A stretch of 64,000 nucleotides of DNA from a virus: positions 11,797-75,796 of IMG/VR virus record IMGVR_UViG_3300036818_000089. One strand, written 5' to 3'. Of this stretch, positions 27,354 through 36,140 are shown piece after piece. A program made the translations under genes and the position numbers. Every line of letters starts with the position of its first letter. The stretch's first letter is position 1. The notes under the pieces were generated by a model, which saw nothing but the letters and a program-made list of their open reading frames with translations, was not told where the DNA came from and searched no databases.

Positions 27354-27968
27354 TCAGTCGGTGGCGTCTCCCTGACCGTGCATGCCGCTGGTGTTGCGGC
27401 CGTGGTGGTACCACCACCATGTGCGTTGCGGCACGTGCACGATGCGGGCGTTTTTGGCGACGCAGCCGAGCGTGAAGGCGAAATCCTCGCCGTACCGCTG
27501 GCCGCCGATCGACTCGTCGACGGGCGGCGGGTGGAACCCGACGGCTTGGGCGAGCTCGGTGCGGACCAGGGTGGTGATGGTGGTTTGGTGCGGGTCGCTC
27601 GGGTCGAACGGTTTCCCGAAATGGCCGAGCGGGTCGGCTGTGCTGTCGCGGCCGGAGGCGTCGCGCACCTGGTAGTAGGAATACACGTAATCGGCGCCCT
27701 GCTGGGCTGTCCCGGCGAGCGCCTCAAGGTGGTCTCTCATCCATTCGTCATCGGAGTCAAGAAACGCCACCCACGGCGCCCGAACAGCCTGCAGGCCCTG
27801 GTCTCTCGTGCGCCACGCGCCGGCGCGGTGCCGGTCAACCACCACATGCAGCTCGGCCGGCTGAAGGGTCTGCGCCCACACCGACGCCACCGCCCGATCG
27901 AGCATCCCGTTGCGGACGCGCGCCGGGTGGGCGGGGATGACAACAGCGATGTCTCCGATGTCCAACAC
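27354..27968 (-). CDS. Glycosyltransferase, GT2 family
   Basis: IAVVIPAH, SVWAQT, AFLDSDDEW (DxD) and GED motifs. Confidence 0.85.
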   Translation of the reverse strand: MLDIGDIAVVIPAHPARVRNGMLDRAVASVWAQTLQPAELHVVVDRHRAGAWRTRDQGLQAVRAPWVAFLDSDDEWMRDHLEALAGTAQQGADYVYSYYQVRDASGRDSTADPLGHFGKPFDPSDPHQTTITTLVRTELAQAVGFHPPPVDESIGGQRYGEDFAFTLGCVAKNARIVHVPQRTWWWYHHGRNTSGMHGQGDATD

Positions 27969-28136
27969 GTCGTGCCCTTCTGTCCGGTGTCGGGTACAGA
28001 ACGGTCCCGCGTCCGACGGAAGGGGACGCGGGACCGTGTGTCGCCCTGGAGGGGCGGTCCGTGTGGTGACGGATGCAGCTGTGGTGGTTCCTGGACTGAG
28101 CCAATCACGGCGGTCCGCCACCGGTCAGGGTGCTGG

Positions 28137-28475
28137 TCAGATCGCGTCGTAGGTGCGGTGCCAGCAGGCGGGGTGTGCGTAGAGCTGCTCTCGTGTGCCG
28201 TCCAGACCCGAGGGCATCATGGGCTTGCCCTTCCGGATCAGGTCGGGGCATTCGGAGCAGGGCATGTCGCGAGGTGCGGCGGGCGCATCACCGGGGGTGT
28301 TTGACGCGCCCGCCGCGGTCTCGGATCGGCTCACGCAGCGGCCGAGCAGGGTAAGCGCGGGCGCGCGGTGTGCCGCCAAAGCGGCGAAGGCAACATGGGG
28401 CGAGGCCTCCCGGCAGGCGTCGGCTGTGGTGGTTCCTGTAACCAGTCTTCGGTTACGGATACACCCTGTCAACAC
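28137..28475 (-). CDS. Small protein with C-terminal CxxC...HxxC motif (start uncertain)
   Basis: CSECPDL...AHPAC; divergent from the XRE gene. Confidence 0.4.
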   Translation of the reverse strand: MLTGCIRNRRLVTGTTTADACREASPHVAFAALAAHRAPALTLLGRCVSRSETAAGASNTPGDAPAAPRDMPCSECPDLIRKGKPMMPSGLDGTREQLYAHPACWHRTYDAI

Positions 28476-28524
28476 TCCACGCGAGGGATCTTTACGGATA
28501 GCGGGGAGCGGCTACGCTGGTTAC

Positions 28525-29364
28525 ATGGCTGGAACCGGTGACACACCCCGCGCGCATCAGCTAGGTGCGGAAATACGGGATCTGAGGCTTGTCGCCGGTA
28601 TCGGCTTCCGCGAGCTAGCCAGACAATTGGGCTACACCCACACAAAACTCAGCCACATTGAATCCGGGCGTCGAGCACCAACACCTGAAGACACCGCCAC
28701 AATCCTCGCCCACCTCGGCGTCACCGACGACAAACGTGAAGAACTCCTGGCCCTGGCCCGCGCAGCAGCCGACCCCGACTGGGTAGCGCCCGGCGTCGGC
28801 AAAACACTGGCCGCGCTGCTGGAATACGAACGCACCGCGAAACTGATCACCGAAGCCAACCAGGCCCTCATCCCCGGTCTCCTGCAAACCAGGGACTACG
28901 CCCGCTCGATCATGCTCAGTTCAGGTGCCACCACCGGGGAGGCCGACCATCGGGTAGCGATCAGGATGAGCCGCCGCGACGTCCTCGACCGCGCCGACCC
29001 GGTCACGCTCCGCGCACTGGTCGGCGAGTACGCTCTGCGCTACCCCGCCTGCGACGCATCGGTCATGTCCGACCAGATGCGGCATCTACTCAAATGGGGA
29101 GAACGGGAAAACGTAGAAATACGTGTCATCCCGATCGCCAGCCAATGGACACCCGTCCACAACGGGCCATTCGTGCTGATCGAATTCGAACGCCCCAACC
29201 CTGTGGTCCACCTCGAAAACTACAGGTCAGCTGTCTTCGTCACCGACAAGCGTGACGTGCGCGATTACCAGAACGCGGCGGAGAACCTCCGCCGGGCGGC
29301 GATGAACCCCGCAGCCACAACGGGGCTCATCACCGAATTGCTGAACCGATGGGAGGAGCAATAA
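28525..29364 (+). CDS. XRE-family regulator with DUF5753 domain (WhiJ/Scr1-like)
   Basis: LGAEIRDLR..LSHIESGRR HTH, IPGLLQTRDYAR and RMSRR motifs; paired with DUF397. Confidence 0.9.
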   Translation: MAGTGDTPRAHQLGAEIRDLRLVAGIGFRELARQLGYTHTKLSHIESGRRAPTPEDTATILAHLGVTDDKREELLALARAAADPDWVAPGVGKTLAALLEYERTAKLITEANQALIPGLLQTRDYARSIMLSSGATTGEADHRVAIRMSRRDVLDRADPVTLRALVGEYALRYPACDASVMSDQMRHLLKWGERENVEIRVIPIASQWTPVHNGPFVLIEFERPNPVVHLENYRSAVFVTDKRDVRDYQNAAENLRRAAMNPAATTGLITELLNRWEEQ

Positions 29365-29366
29365 GG

Positions 29367-29537
29367 GTGACAGACACAATACGCTGGCGTAAGTCCACGT
29401 GTAGCAACTCCACGTCATCATGCGTCGAACTGGCACCGGAAGGTCTCGTGCGGGACAGCAAGAACCCGCACGGCCCGATACTGAAGATCCGGTGGGATGG
29501 TCTGATCGTGGCCATCCAGAACGGCACGATCAGCTAG
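29367..29537 (+). CDS. DUF397 family protein (BldB/Scr2-like)
   Basis: WRKSTCS...CVELA...VRDSKNP signature. Confidence 0.92.
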   Translation: MTDTIRWRKSTCSNSTSSCVELAPEGLVRDSKNPHGPILKIRWDGLIVAIQNGTIS

Positions 29538-29543
29538 GACGAA

Positions 29544-29579
29544 ACGGCGCCCCCGGCCGATGCTGGCCGGGGGCACCGT
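29544..29579. terminator. Bidirectional terminator hairpin between convergent genes
   Basis: ACGGCGCCCCCGGCC...GGCCGGGGGCACCGT. Confidence 0.6.
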
Positions 29580-29595
29580 GTTCGAGTACAGACGG

Positions 29596-30885
29596 TCACC
29601 CGCTCGGCCCATAGTTGACCATGTCGACCTGGCCCGGGATCGACTCCGACCCCCACACGTGCGCACCCTGAATCAGGAACATCAGCGAGAACGACCCATC
29701 CACTGCCAGGTCGGTTTCCTGCACGATCCACCGTGCGCTGGGTCCGTGAACGTGCCCGAAATCGCCGGACACATAGAAGCCGGAGTGCCCGTTCGGGTCC
29801 TGGCTGGGACCGTAACCGTCGGACAGATAGTTCACCAGGGCACCGTCGACCAGGCTGGCCAGATCGCATTGCGAGTCACTCCCAGTGGAGATCATGTTCA
29901 GGTCCCACACCACCAGATGGCCAGCCGCGACCTTCCCCGCGGGCAGTGTCAGCACCGTCCACGACGGCGCCTGAGTCGTCGGGGTAAGACCGCCGCCGGC
30001 AGGCCCGAACGTCAGCTTCTGCGGGCCGCTCGTCACGAACACCGGGGAGAAACCCGAACCACCGCCGCCGGCGTCCCGCCAGTCGACCCCGTCCGGGGCG
30101 GCCGCGTTGGCGGTGAGCACCTGGTTGTCGGAGCCCACCGGCAGCCGGGCCACAGTGCCTGCCCCGGACGCGACGACCAGGTCACCTTTGGTGGTGACCG
30201 TGTCGAGCGGAACCAGGCCCGCTTCGGCTGCCTCGGCACGGTCGGTCTCGGACGTCAGGTCGCCTGTGCTGGCTTTCCCGGCCAACGCAGTGGCTGTGGA
30301 CGACGCGAGCACGGCGAGGTCTGCGGCGTTCGCCTTATCTGCCTCGGCTGCCTCCGCGCGAGCGACCTCCCCTGCCAGGTCAGCCGCGGTGGCCTTGTCG
30401 CCCAGCGCGGCCGTCAAGCCGGCGACCGCAGCTTGCGGCAGCGTGCCGTCCTCGCCCAACGGCCCGGCCGGGCCGCCTGGCTGGCCGACAGAGGTCAGCG
30501 GCACATACAACGTGGCCGGTGGCGGCGGGTTGGGGACAGCCAAGCTGTGGATCCGGGCCAGCGTGGTCGTCGACGGGCTGGCCGGCAGAGGCGCGTGGAA
30601 CCGCTCCGTCCACACATCGGTTTGGATCGACCACTCGTACAGCCAGTTTTGCTGGCTGAAGTCGGGGTCGTCCGTGGCGGGCAGGCTCGGCGGGTCACCG
30701 ACGAACACGCCGTCGCTGATGACGAACGTCACGGCTTCGCCCGGGCCGAGGACGTACCCGTCGACGGGCACGTCCAAGGCCACGGGGATCGCGGCCCGCG
30801 CGGTGCCGGTAGCCAAAGCACCGGTCACCGGGTGGGCGATGATGCCGCCCACGGTGACCCGGGAGATCGACGGTGGCTCCGACAC
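29596..30885 (-). CDS. Putative virion fibre or minor tail protein
   Basis: AGEVARAEAAE coiled-coil repeats and a TTKGDLVVASGAGTVARLPVGSDNQVLTA fibre-like motif. Confidence 0.55.
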   Translation of the reverse strand: MSEPPSISRVTVGGIIAHPVTGALATGTARAAIPVALDVPVDGYVLGPGEAVTFVISDGVFVGDPPSLPATDDPDFSQQNWLYEWSIQTDVWTERFHAPLPASPSTTTLARIHSLAVPNPPPPATLYVPLTSVGQPGGPAGPLGEDGTLPQAAVAGLTAALGDKATAADLAGEVARAEAAEADKANAADLAVLASSTATALAGKASTGDLTSETDRAEAAEAGLVPLDTVTTKGDLVVASGAGTVARLPVGSDNQVLTANAAAPDGVDWRDAGGGGSGFSPVFVTSGPQKLTFGPAGGGLTPTTQAPSWTVLTLPAGKVAAGHLVVWDLNMISTGSDSQCDLASLVDGALVNYLSDGYGPSQDPNGHSGFYVSGDFGHVHGPSARWIVQETDLAVDGSFSLMFLIQGAHVWGSESIPGQVDMVNYGPSG

Positions 30886-30966
30886 GGCGGCCTGCCCTTC
30901 CTTATGCGACGTCGGGGTCTTGTGGTGGCCAGTCCGGGGCGACGCGCCGCAGGCTGGGTAACCGTG

Positions 30967-31377
30967 CTAGCGCTGGTCGGGGATCTCGTCCCCACCGGAC
31001 AGGCGGGATCCGGCGGGTGGAGTCGACGTCGATCGGGACCCAGGTACCGGAGATGCTTCGATACCCGGGCCCGGTCGGTCCGACCGTGCTGCGGTGTAGA
31101 CGGGTGCGGCCGCGTAACCCAACGCGAGGGTGATGAGCCATCCCGGGACGCGGGGTTCCAGCCACCGCCACAGCCCGTACCACCCGGCGGTAAGGACCGC
31201 CGTCATCGCGGCGACGACCAGGTCGTGCACGCGGGCCAACACGATCAGCGGCAGGCCGAGCCCGACCAGCCACGACACGGCGAAACCCCACGCCACTGGA
31301 ACGACGGTGCGGATGAGGCTGATGGCCCCATCGGACAGCGGCTGGTCCGGGTCCGGCCCGGCGATGTGCTGCGACAT
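30967..31377 (-). CDS. Holin-like membrane protein
   Basis: SLIRTVVP and two TM helices; directly after the endolysin. Confidence 0.65.
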   Translation of the reverse strand: MSQHIAGPDPDQPLSDGAISLIRTVVPVAWGFAVSWLVGLGLPLIVLARVHDLVVAAMTAVLTAGWYGLWRWLEPRVPGWLITLALGYAAAPVYTAARSDRPGPGIEASPVPGSRSTSTPPAGSRLSGGDEIPDQR

Positions 31378-32381
31378 CACGACGCTCCCTTCGGGGTGAC
31401 CAACACGTTGAACCCGTTTCCGAGGTAGACCTCCATGTCCTTCGCGACCTCGTCGGCCATCGCCGCGACCTGCGCGTCGGATACCTCAACGTCGGGCGCG
31501 GCGAGCGCGGCCTGTAGGGCAGCGACCTTGGTTGCCAGATCAGCCAGCGCGTTCTGCTGGGACTGGTCGAGGGCGATGTCCTGCTTGATCAGCGTCGACA
31601 GCGTGGACACGGCGGAGGCGAGTAGGCCGCGGAACGCGAAGATCTCGGCGTTCGTGCGTCCCTGCGGGTTGCCGCCTGGGGTGGAGTTGCCGACCAGCAG
31701 GTCGTGTGCGGCCGATGCGATCTCGGCGGACTGCTGCGCGGTGAGCTTGTTGATGGGACTGGTCACGGTTGGCTCCAGAGTGAATAGTCGGTTGGACAGG
31801 TCGCAGGTGACGCCGCCGATCACGCGGGTGACGGGTGTCGCCGGGCCGTCGGCTGCGGTAGCGGGTCCGCCCTGGCGCTGCCAGAAGGTGGCGACGTCAG
31901 CGGTGCCGGTGCGCGAGGGCGCGGGCCCGGCCTGCCAGGCGATCGGCGCGAGCCCGGCCTTGGCGCACGCGGCGAGGAACGCCCCGAACCCGTACGGGCC
32001 GACCGTGAACCGGAACGGGGTGAGGACGTCGTGGAAGCCCTTCACGTACTCGATGTCGGCTTGGTTGAACCCGGGCTTGTCGTTGGCGGCGAACACCATC
32101 GTGACGGGTGGCTGTCCGGCAGTGATGTTCCGCAGGTCGGTCAGGGCGATCGCTGCGTTGGCCCGCCCGGTGGCGTACCCGCCGTCGGCGTCGGTGGTGG
32201 TGCGTTCGACAACGGCGATGGTTTTGCGGCCGTGCGCGAGGTGGTCGGCGTACTCGGCGTGGGTGAGGCGTTTGCCGCTGCCGCCGAGCCCGACGTAGCG
32301 GATGGCGCCTTCGATCCCGGCCGCCCGCATGGACGCGCCGGACACGGTGCCGCCGCTGTAGTCGATCCACACTGTGGTCAC
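31377..32381 (-). CDS. Endolysin, DUF1906 (GH25-like TIM barrel) domain
   Basis: IDYSGG, GAIRYV, FAAND, GPYG and WQ motifs; lysis-cassette position. Confidence 0.75.
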   Translation of the reverse strand: MTTVWIDYSGGTVSGASMRAAGIEGAIRYVGLGGSGKRLTHAEYADHLAHGRKTIAVVERTTTDADGGYATGRANAAIALTDLRNITAGQPPVTMVFAANDKPGFNQADIEYVKGFHDVLTPFRFTVGPYGFGAFLAACAKAGLAPIAWQAGPAPSRTGTADVATFWQRQGGPATAADGPATPVTRVIGGVTCDLSNRLFTLEPTVTSPINKLTAQQSAEIASAAHDLLVGNSTPGGNPQGRTNAEIFAFRGLLASAVSTLSTLIKQDIALDQSQQNALADLATKVAALQAALAAPDVEVSDAQVAAMADEVAKDMEVYLGNGFNVLVTPKGAS

Positions 32382-32512
32382 GGCGCCTCCCGTGCGGGAG
32401 CGCGACGCCAGGAGACACGGCCGTCGAGGAATTCGAACGCCAGCCAGTCCGGGCCTTCGGCGTGCACGAGCACGTCGTGCCCGTCCTCGCGGCGGATCGT
32501 CGGCGCGGCCAT
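32378..32512 (-). CDS. 44-aa hypothetical protein
   Basis: Translationally coupled on both sides. Confidence 0.4.
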   Translation of the reverse strand: MAAPTIRREDGHDVLVHAEGPDWLAFEFLDGRVSWRRAPAREAP

Positions 32513-33312
32513 CAGCTCACCCGCTTCACGGTCCAGAAGTCCGAGGACAGCCGCGAGTCGGTCAGGTAGGCGTAGGGCAGCGTGAACAGCCCGCCCTTGC
32601 CCCACCCGGTGCCCCACGAGTTGCGGCAGATCCACCGCTGGATCGCGTCGTCGTAGCCCACCGCGACAACGCAGTGCCCGCCGAGCTGCTCCTCATCCCG
32701 GCTGGGCATCGGGACGGTGCCGGTTTCGGCGACCTGCCGGGACTCGAAACTGGCGTACACAGTGAACCCGAACACGACCGGTGTGCCACCGGCCAGCACC
32801 GCCTTGATCTGGTCCGCCTGCTGCGGCACGCGTTCGTACACGACAGCCTCGGTGCCCGATGCGGCCGCGTAGCACGCCGAGGTCGGCTTCTGGCCGGCGC
32901 GGTGCCCAGCCGGCCACGACCCGTCGCTGTTGGCCGCCTCGCCGTCGTAGGGCCACTCGGCTTCTGGGCACACGCCCTGCTTCGCGACCGAGCGGACACC
33001 ATCGCGGATCTGCGCGCCGGAGTCCGAGCCGACGCTCTTCTCCATCGCGCGCTCGTTGTAGTAGATGAACAGGCGCGACGGCATGAAGTCGGCGAGGTTC
33101 TGCTTGCGCATCTCGTACTCGACTGCCGCGCCGATGCCGTTCGCCGTGCACGACCCGATCTGCTGCTGGTCGTAGATCGGCGGCATCGCAGGGTCGGTGG
33201 ACAGGTCCGCCGCTGCGGGCAGGTGGGCCAGCGTCTCTGGCGCTGCCGTGCGTACGCGGTCGCGGTGGTCGGGTAGATCCGCGACCCAGCCGTATCGTCT
33301 GTCGGTTCGCAT
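32512..33312 (-). CDS. Papain-family (C1A) cysteine peptidase
   Basis: DQQQIGSCTAN (oxyanion Gln and catalytic Cys), SRLFIYYNER, GGHCVVAVGYD and RNSWG. Confidence 0.92.
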   Translation of the reverse strand: MRTDRRYGWVADLPDHRDRVRTAAPETLAHLPAAADLSTDPAMPPIYDQQQIGSCTANGIGAAVEYEMRKQNLADFMPSRLFIYYNERAMEKSVGSDSGAQIRDGVRSVAKQGVCPEAEWPYDGEAANSDGSWPAGHRAGQKPTSACYAAASGTEAVVYERVPQQADQIKAVLAGGTPVVFGFTVYASFESRQVAETGTVPMPSRDEEQLGGHCVVAVGYDDAIQRWICRNSWGTGWGKGGLFTLPYAYLTDSRLSSDFWTVKRVS

Positions 33313-33344
33313 GCCTGGTGTCCTTTGGTGGTTGTGGTGACGGA

Positions 33345-33704
33345 TCAGGGGGATGGGGGTAACTGCTGGGACATCGTCTTGACCTGCAGGCGCAGGAAGT
33401 TCAGTTCGGTCTGGGCGTCGGCCAGCTTCGAGTTCAAGTCCTCGGCTCTGGCGTTCGCGGACCGCAGTTGGCCGGTCATGTCGCGGATGGTGCGTTCGGC
33501 GCCGGAGAGCTTCGACTCCAACTCCTCCACCCGCTCCCGGTAGGGCTTGAGGAGTTCCACCGCCGACTTGACCACAAGGCGGTCGCCTTCGTCGGCCTGC
33601 TGGTCCCGCTCGGCGCGGCGTTTACGCCAGCCGTCGACGATGCCCCACAGGCCGGGGATCCACGCGGCCGCGCCGATCAGGCCGATCAGCAGCACGGCGT
33701 TCAC
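33345..33704 (-). CDS. Single-TM coiled-coil protein (lysis-associated)
   Basis: N-terminal TM plus a long heptad region. Confidence 0.65.
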   Translation of the reverse strand: MNAVLLIGLIGAAAWIPGLWGIVDGWRKRRAERDQQADEGDRLVVKSAVELLKPYRERVEELESKLSGAERTIRDMTGQLRSANARAEDLNSKLADAQTELNFLRLQVKTMSQQLPPSP

Positions 33705-34114
33705 GGCTTGTTCTCGCTTAGCGTGCGTCTGATGTCGCCGCTGATCTGCCGGTACCGCGCAGTGCAGGCGATCGCGAGCCCGACGATGACCGCGGTACCT
33801 GGCGAAGATGTCCAGCCGGCCACGACCACGACCTCAGCCTCGTAGGCGACCAGGAGGATGCCGATCATCAGGACGGCGCCTCGTTCGACGTACAGCGACC
33901 ACAGCCACTTTGTGAGCGCGCCCGTGAGGCACAGTGCCAGCCCGAACGAGATGCTGGCCGCCCACACGTACACGTTCCACCGCGGCATCGCGTTGAGCGC
34001 CTTCGACCCGGACGTCGAGGGGCTGATGATGATGCTGAGGCAGCCGACCAGAAGCGCCGTGAGAATCCATATCTCGAACGGCGACTTGCTGGTGTGCACG
34101 ATGTTGCGTGTCAC
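33701..34114 (-). CDS. 4-TM membrane protein (holin-like)
   Basis: Four hydrophobic helices; located between tail and lysis genes. Confidence 0.6.
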   Translation of the reverse strand: MTRNIVHTSKSPFEIWILTALLVGCLSIIISPSTSGSKALNAMPRWNVYVWAASISFGLALCLTGALTKWLWSLYVERGAVLMIGILLVAYEAEVVVVAGWTSSPGTAVIVGLAIACTARYRQISGDIRRTLSENKP

Positions 34115-34183
34115 GGTGTTTGGACCCCTGTCGCTGTGGTTGCGGCAGCCGCTGCGTGCACCTTCGCAGCGACCTCCGCCACG

Positions 34184-35446
34184 TCAGATCGCTTGGTAGG
34201 TGCCGGACAGCGGGTACGAGTACTGGTCGCTGGTGTTGCCGTAGTCGAGGCGCAGCGTGCCGTCCGTGTCCACGTTGAGCACCCCGACACCGGCCGCCGG
34301 GTTGGATCCGTGGGTGACCGCGTAGAAGCGCCGCTTCGGTGGCCACGCCGCGGCGACGGGCAGCGAACCGACCACCTGGTGCCCGTTGGCCACCAGGATG
34401 CCGCCGGCCGGTGGGATCACGTCGCCGTCCACCGTGACGGAGTTGCCGTCCACGGTGAAGGTCGGCGGGAACGCGGAGTTCGCGGTCCATCCGCCGGTGA
34501 GGGTGACCGGTGTTGCGGCCACGTGCGCCCGCGAGTTGTTGGCGACCGTCGTGTTGGTGCGGTCCCACGTGATCGTGGAGATCGGCTGCTGCCCGGTCCC
34601 GTCGTAGCCGCGGATCGTGTTGCCGGTGACCGTCGCCGACGCGCCCGACGCCCCGATCCCGGCCAGGAAGATCCCGATGTCCGCAGGGACCCGGCAGCCG
34701 GTCGAGTCGATGGCGTTCCCGGTGACCGTGCACCCGGTGGGTACCGTCAGCCGCCCCGCCGCCCCCGTCACCAGGGCGATCGACCGACGGGTCGCGGTCA
34801 CCGTGTTGCCTGCGACGGTGATGCCCAGGCCGCCGTGCGTGTCGATGCCCTCCCAGTCGATCTGGTGGACGCGGTTGCCGATCGCGGTGCAGTACCGGGA
34901 GCGGGCTGCCTCAGCGGCTACCGGGTTGGTGTTGGGGTCCAGGTCGGTGAAGGCGATGCCGTACACGGACACCCCGCCGCCCGGCACCAGGTGACCGTCG
35001 GAGATGGAGTTGTGGGACACATCGACCCGGTTTCCGGAGATCACGGTGACACCGGAGTCGATGTAGTCGCTGATCGCGTTGCCGCGGGCTGCCGAGTCGA
35101 CGCACCATTCGAGCCAGATGTTGATGCCGCGTGACCCGGACAGGGTGCAGTCCTTGACGCGCACACCGGACAGCGGCGCGGACTGGGTGCCCAGGGCGTA
35201 GATCAGCTTCTGGTTGTTGTCGCTGACCGCGTCACCCGGCCCGGCCGCGGTGACGTGTTCGATAGTGACGTCCGACGTACCGATCTCGAACAGCGGGCTC
35301 GTGGGGCACACGAACGTGCCGCCCCGAAGCCACGTCGGCAGGCCCACGGACAGCGGCGAGTCGACCTCGATGGTGACGGTCGGGTCGACGTCGATGACAC
35401 CGCCGTCGAGCAGGGCTGCCTGCAGATCCGCCAAATTAGTGATCAC
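34184..35446 (-). CDS. Right-handed beta-helix (pectate-lyase-like) tail spike or depolymerase
   Basis: Repeated (V/I)xGNxI units and a GIDTHGG motif; last gene of the tail block. Confidence 0.7.
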   Translation of the reverse strand: MITNLADLQAALLDGGVIDVDPTVTIEVDSPLSVGLPTWLRGGTFVCPTSPLFEIGTSDVTIEHVTAAGPGDAVSDNNQKLIYALGTQSAPLSGVRVKDCTLSGSRGINIWLEWCVDSAARGNAISDYIDSGVTVISGNRVDVSHNSISDGHLVPGGGVSVYGIAFTDLDPNTNPVAAEAARSRYCTAIGNRVHQIDWEGIDTHGGLGITVAGNTVTATRRSIALVTGAAGRLTVPTGCTVTGNAIDSTGCRVPADIGIFLAGIGASGASATVTGNTIRGYDGTGQQPISTITWDRTNTTVANNSRAHVAATPVTLTGGWTANSAFPPTFTVDGNSVTVDGDVIPPAGGILVANGHQVVGSLPVAAAWPPKRRFYAVTHGSNPAAGVGVLNVDTDGTLRLDYGNTSDQYSYPLSGTYQAI

Positions 35447-35462
35447 GATTCGCTCCCCGTCT

Positions 35463-36140
35463 TTACCGGCCGCACATGAAGACGCCGACACATGTACAGG
35501 CGATCTGATCGGTCGAAGTTGTGTTCACCTGGGCCGTGAGACTGACCCCCACGTTTTCGGAGCCGAATACCGTGACCGCTGTGACATCAAGTTGGCCCGT
35601 ATCGAACGTGCCGAAAGTGGTCTGCGAAAAGGTGTCCACCAGAGCACCGTTCACATACAGCCGATACGTGGGTGTCGACGTGGCGCCGCTGGCCCTGCCG
35701 ATGACGCAGCGCATACCGATGTTCGGGTGCAACACCTGGGGGATGATGCCCCTCCACAGCTCCGTTTCCGTGGTGATGTGCGAGGCGCCGATCAGGTACT
35801 CGCCCAGGCCATCGGTGCCGCCACGGATACCGCCGCCGTTCCAGTCAGCCATCATCGGGACAGACAGGAACGGTGTGGACAGGCCTTCACCGGTTGTGCC
35901 GTCAGCCGAGAAGACGATGTTTCCGTTGCCGTCCCTGATGTGGCCGCCAGTAGCGAGATTGATGTCACCGCCGTTTTGAAAAGTGATGCTGCCGCCGTCG
36001 ATGGTGATGCCACCCGAGCCGATCGCAGCGGCCGCAAGGGTCCTGTTGGAAAGGTTCGCGAGCGCTTTTTCCAGCCTGGCTACTCGCTGCTGGAGAGCAT
36101 CATACTGTGACCCGGGGATATGCGGCGGTGTGGTAACCAT
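35463..36140 (-). CDS. Minor tail protein
   Basis: N-terminal coiled coil plus Gly-rich beta region; synteny. Confidence 0.65.
   Translation of the reverse strand: MVTTPPHIPGSQYDALQQRVARLEKALANLSNRTLAAAAIGSGGITIDGGSITFQNGGDINLATGGHIRDGNGNIVFSADGTTGEGLSTPFLSVPMMADWNGGGIRGGTDGLGEYLIGASHITTETELWRGIIPQVLHPNIGMRCVIGRASGATSTPTYRLYVNGALVDTFSQTTFGTFDTGQLDVTAVTVFGSENVGVSLTAQVNTTSTDQIACTCVGVFMCGR

Noticed and set aside
29560-31428. 622-aa plus-strand ORF and similar long antisense ORFs (46982..48757, 50305..52479, 41663..43171, 55336..56526)
   Set aside because: Shadow ORFs of high-GC genes: Arg/Gly/Pro-rich, no motifs, and opposite well-supported phage genes.
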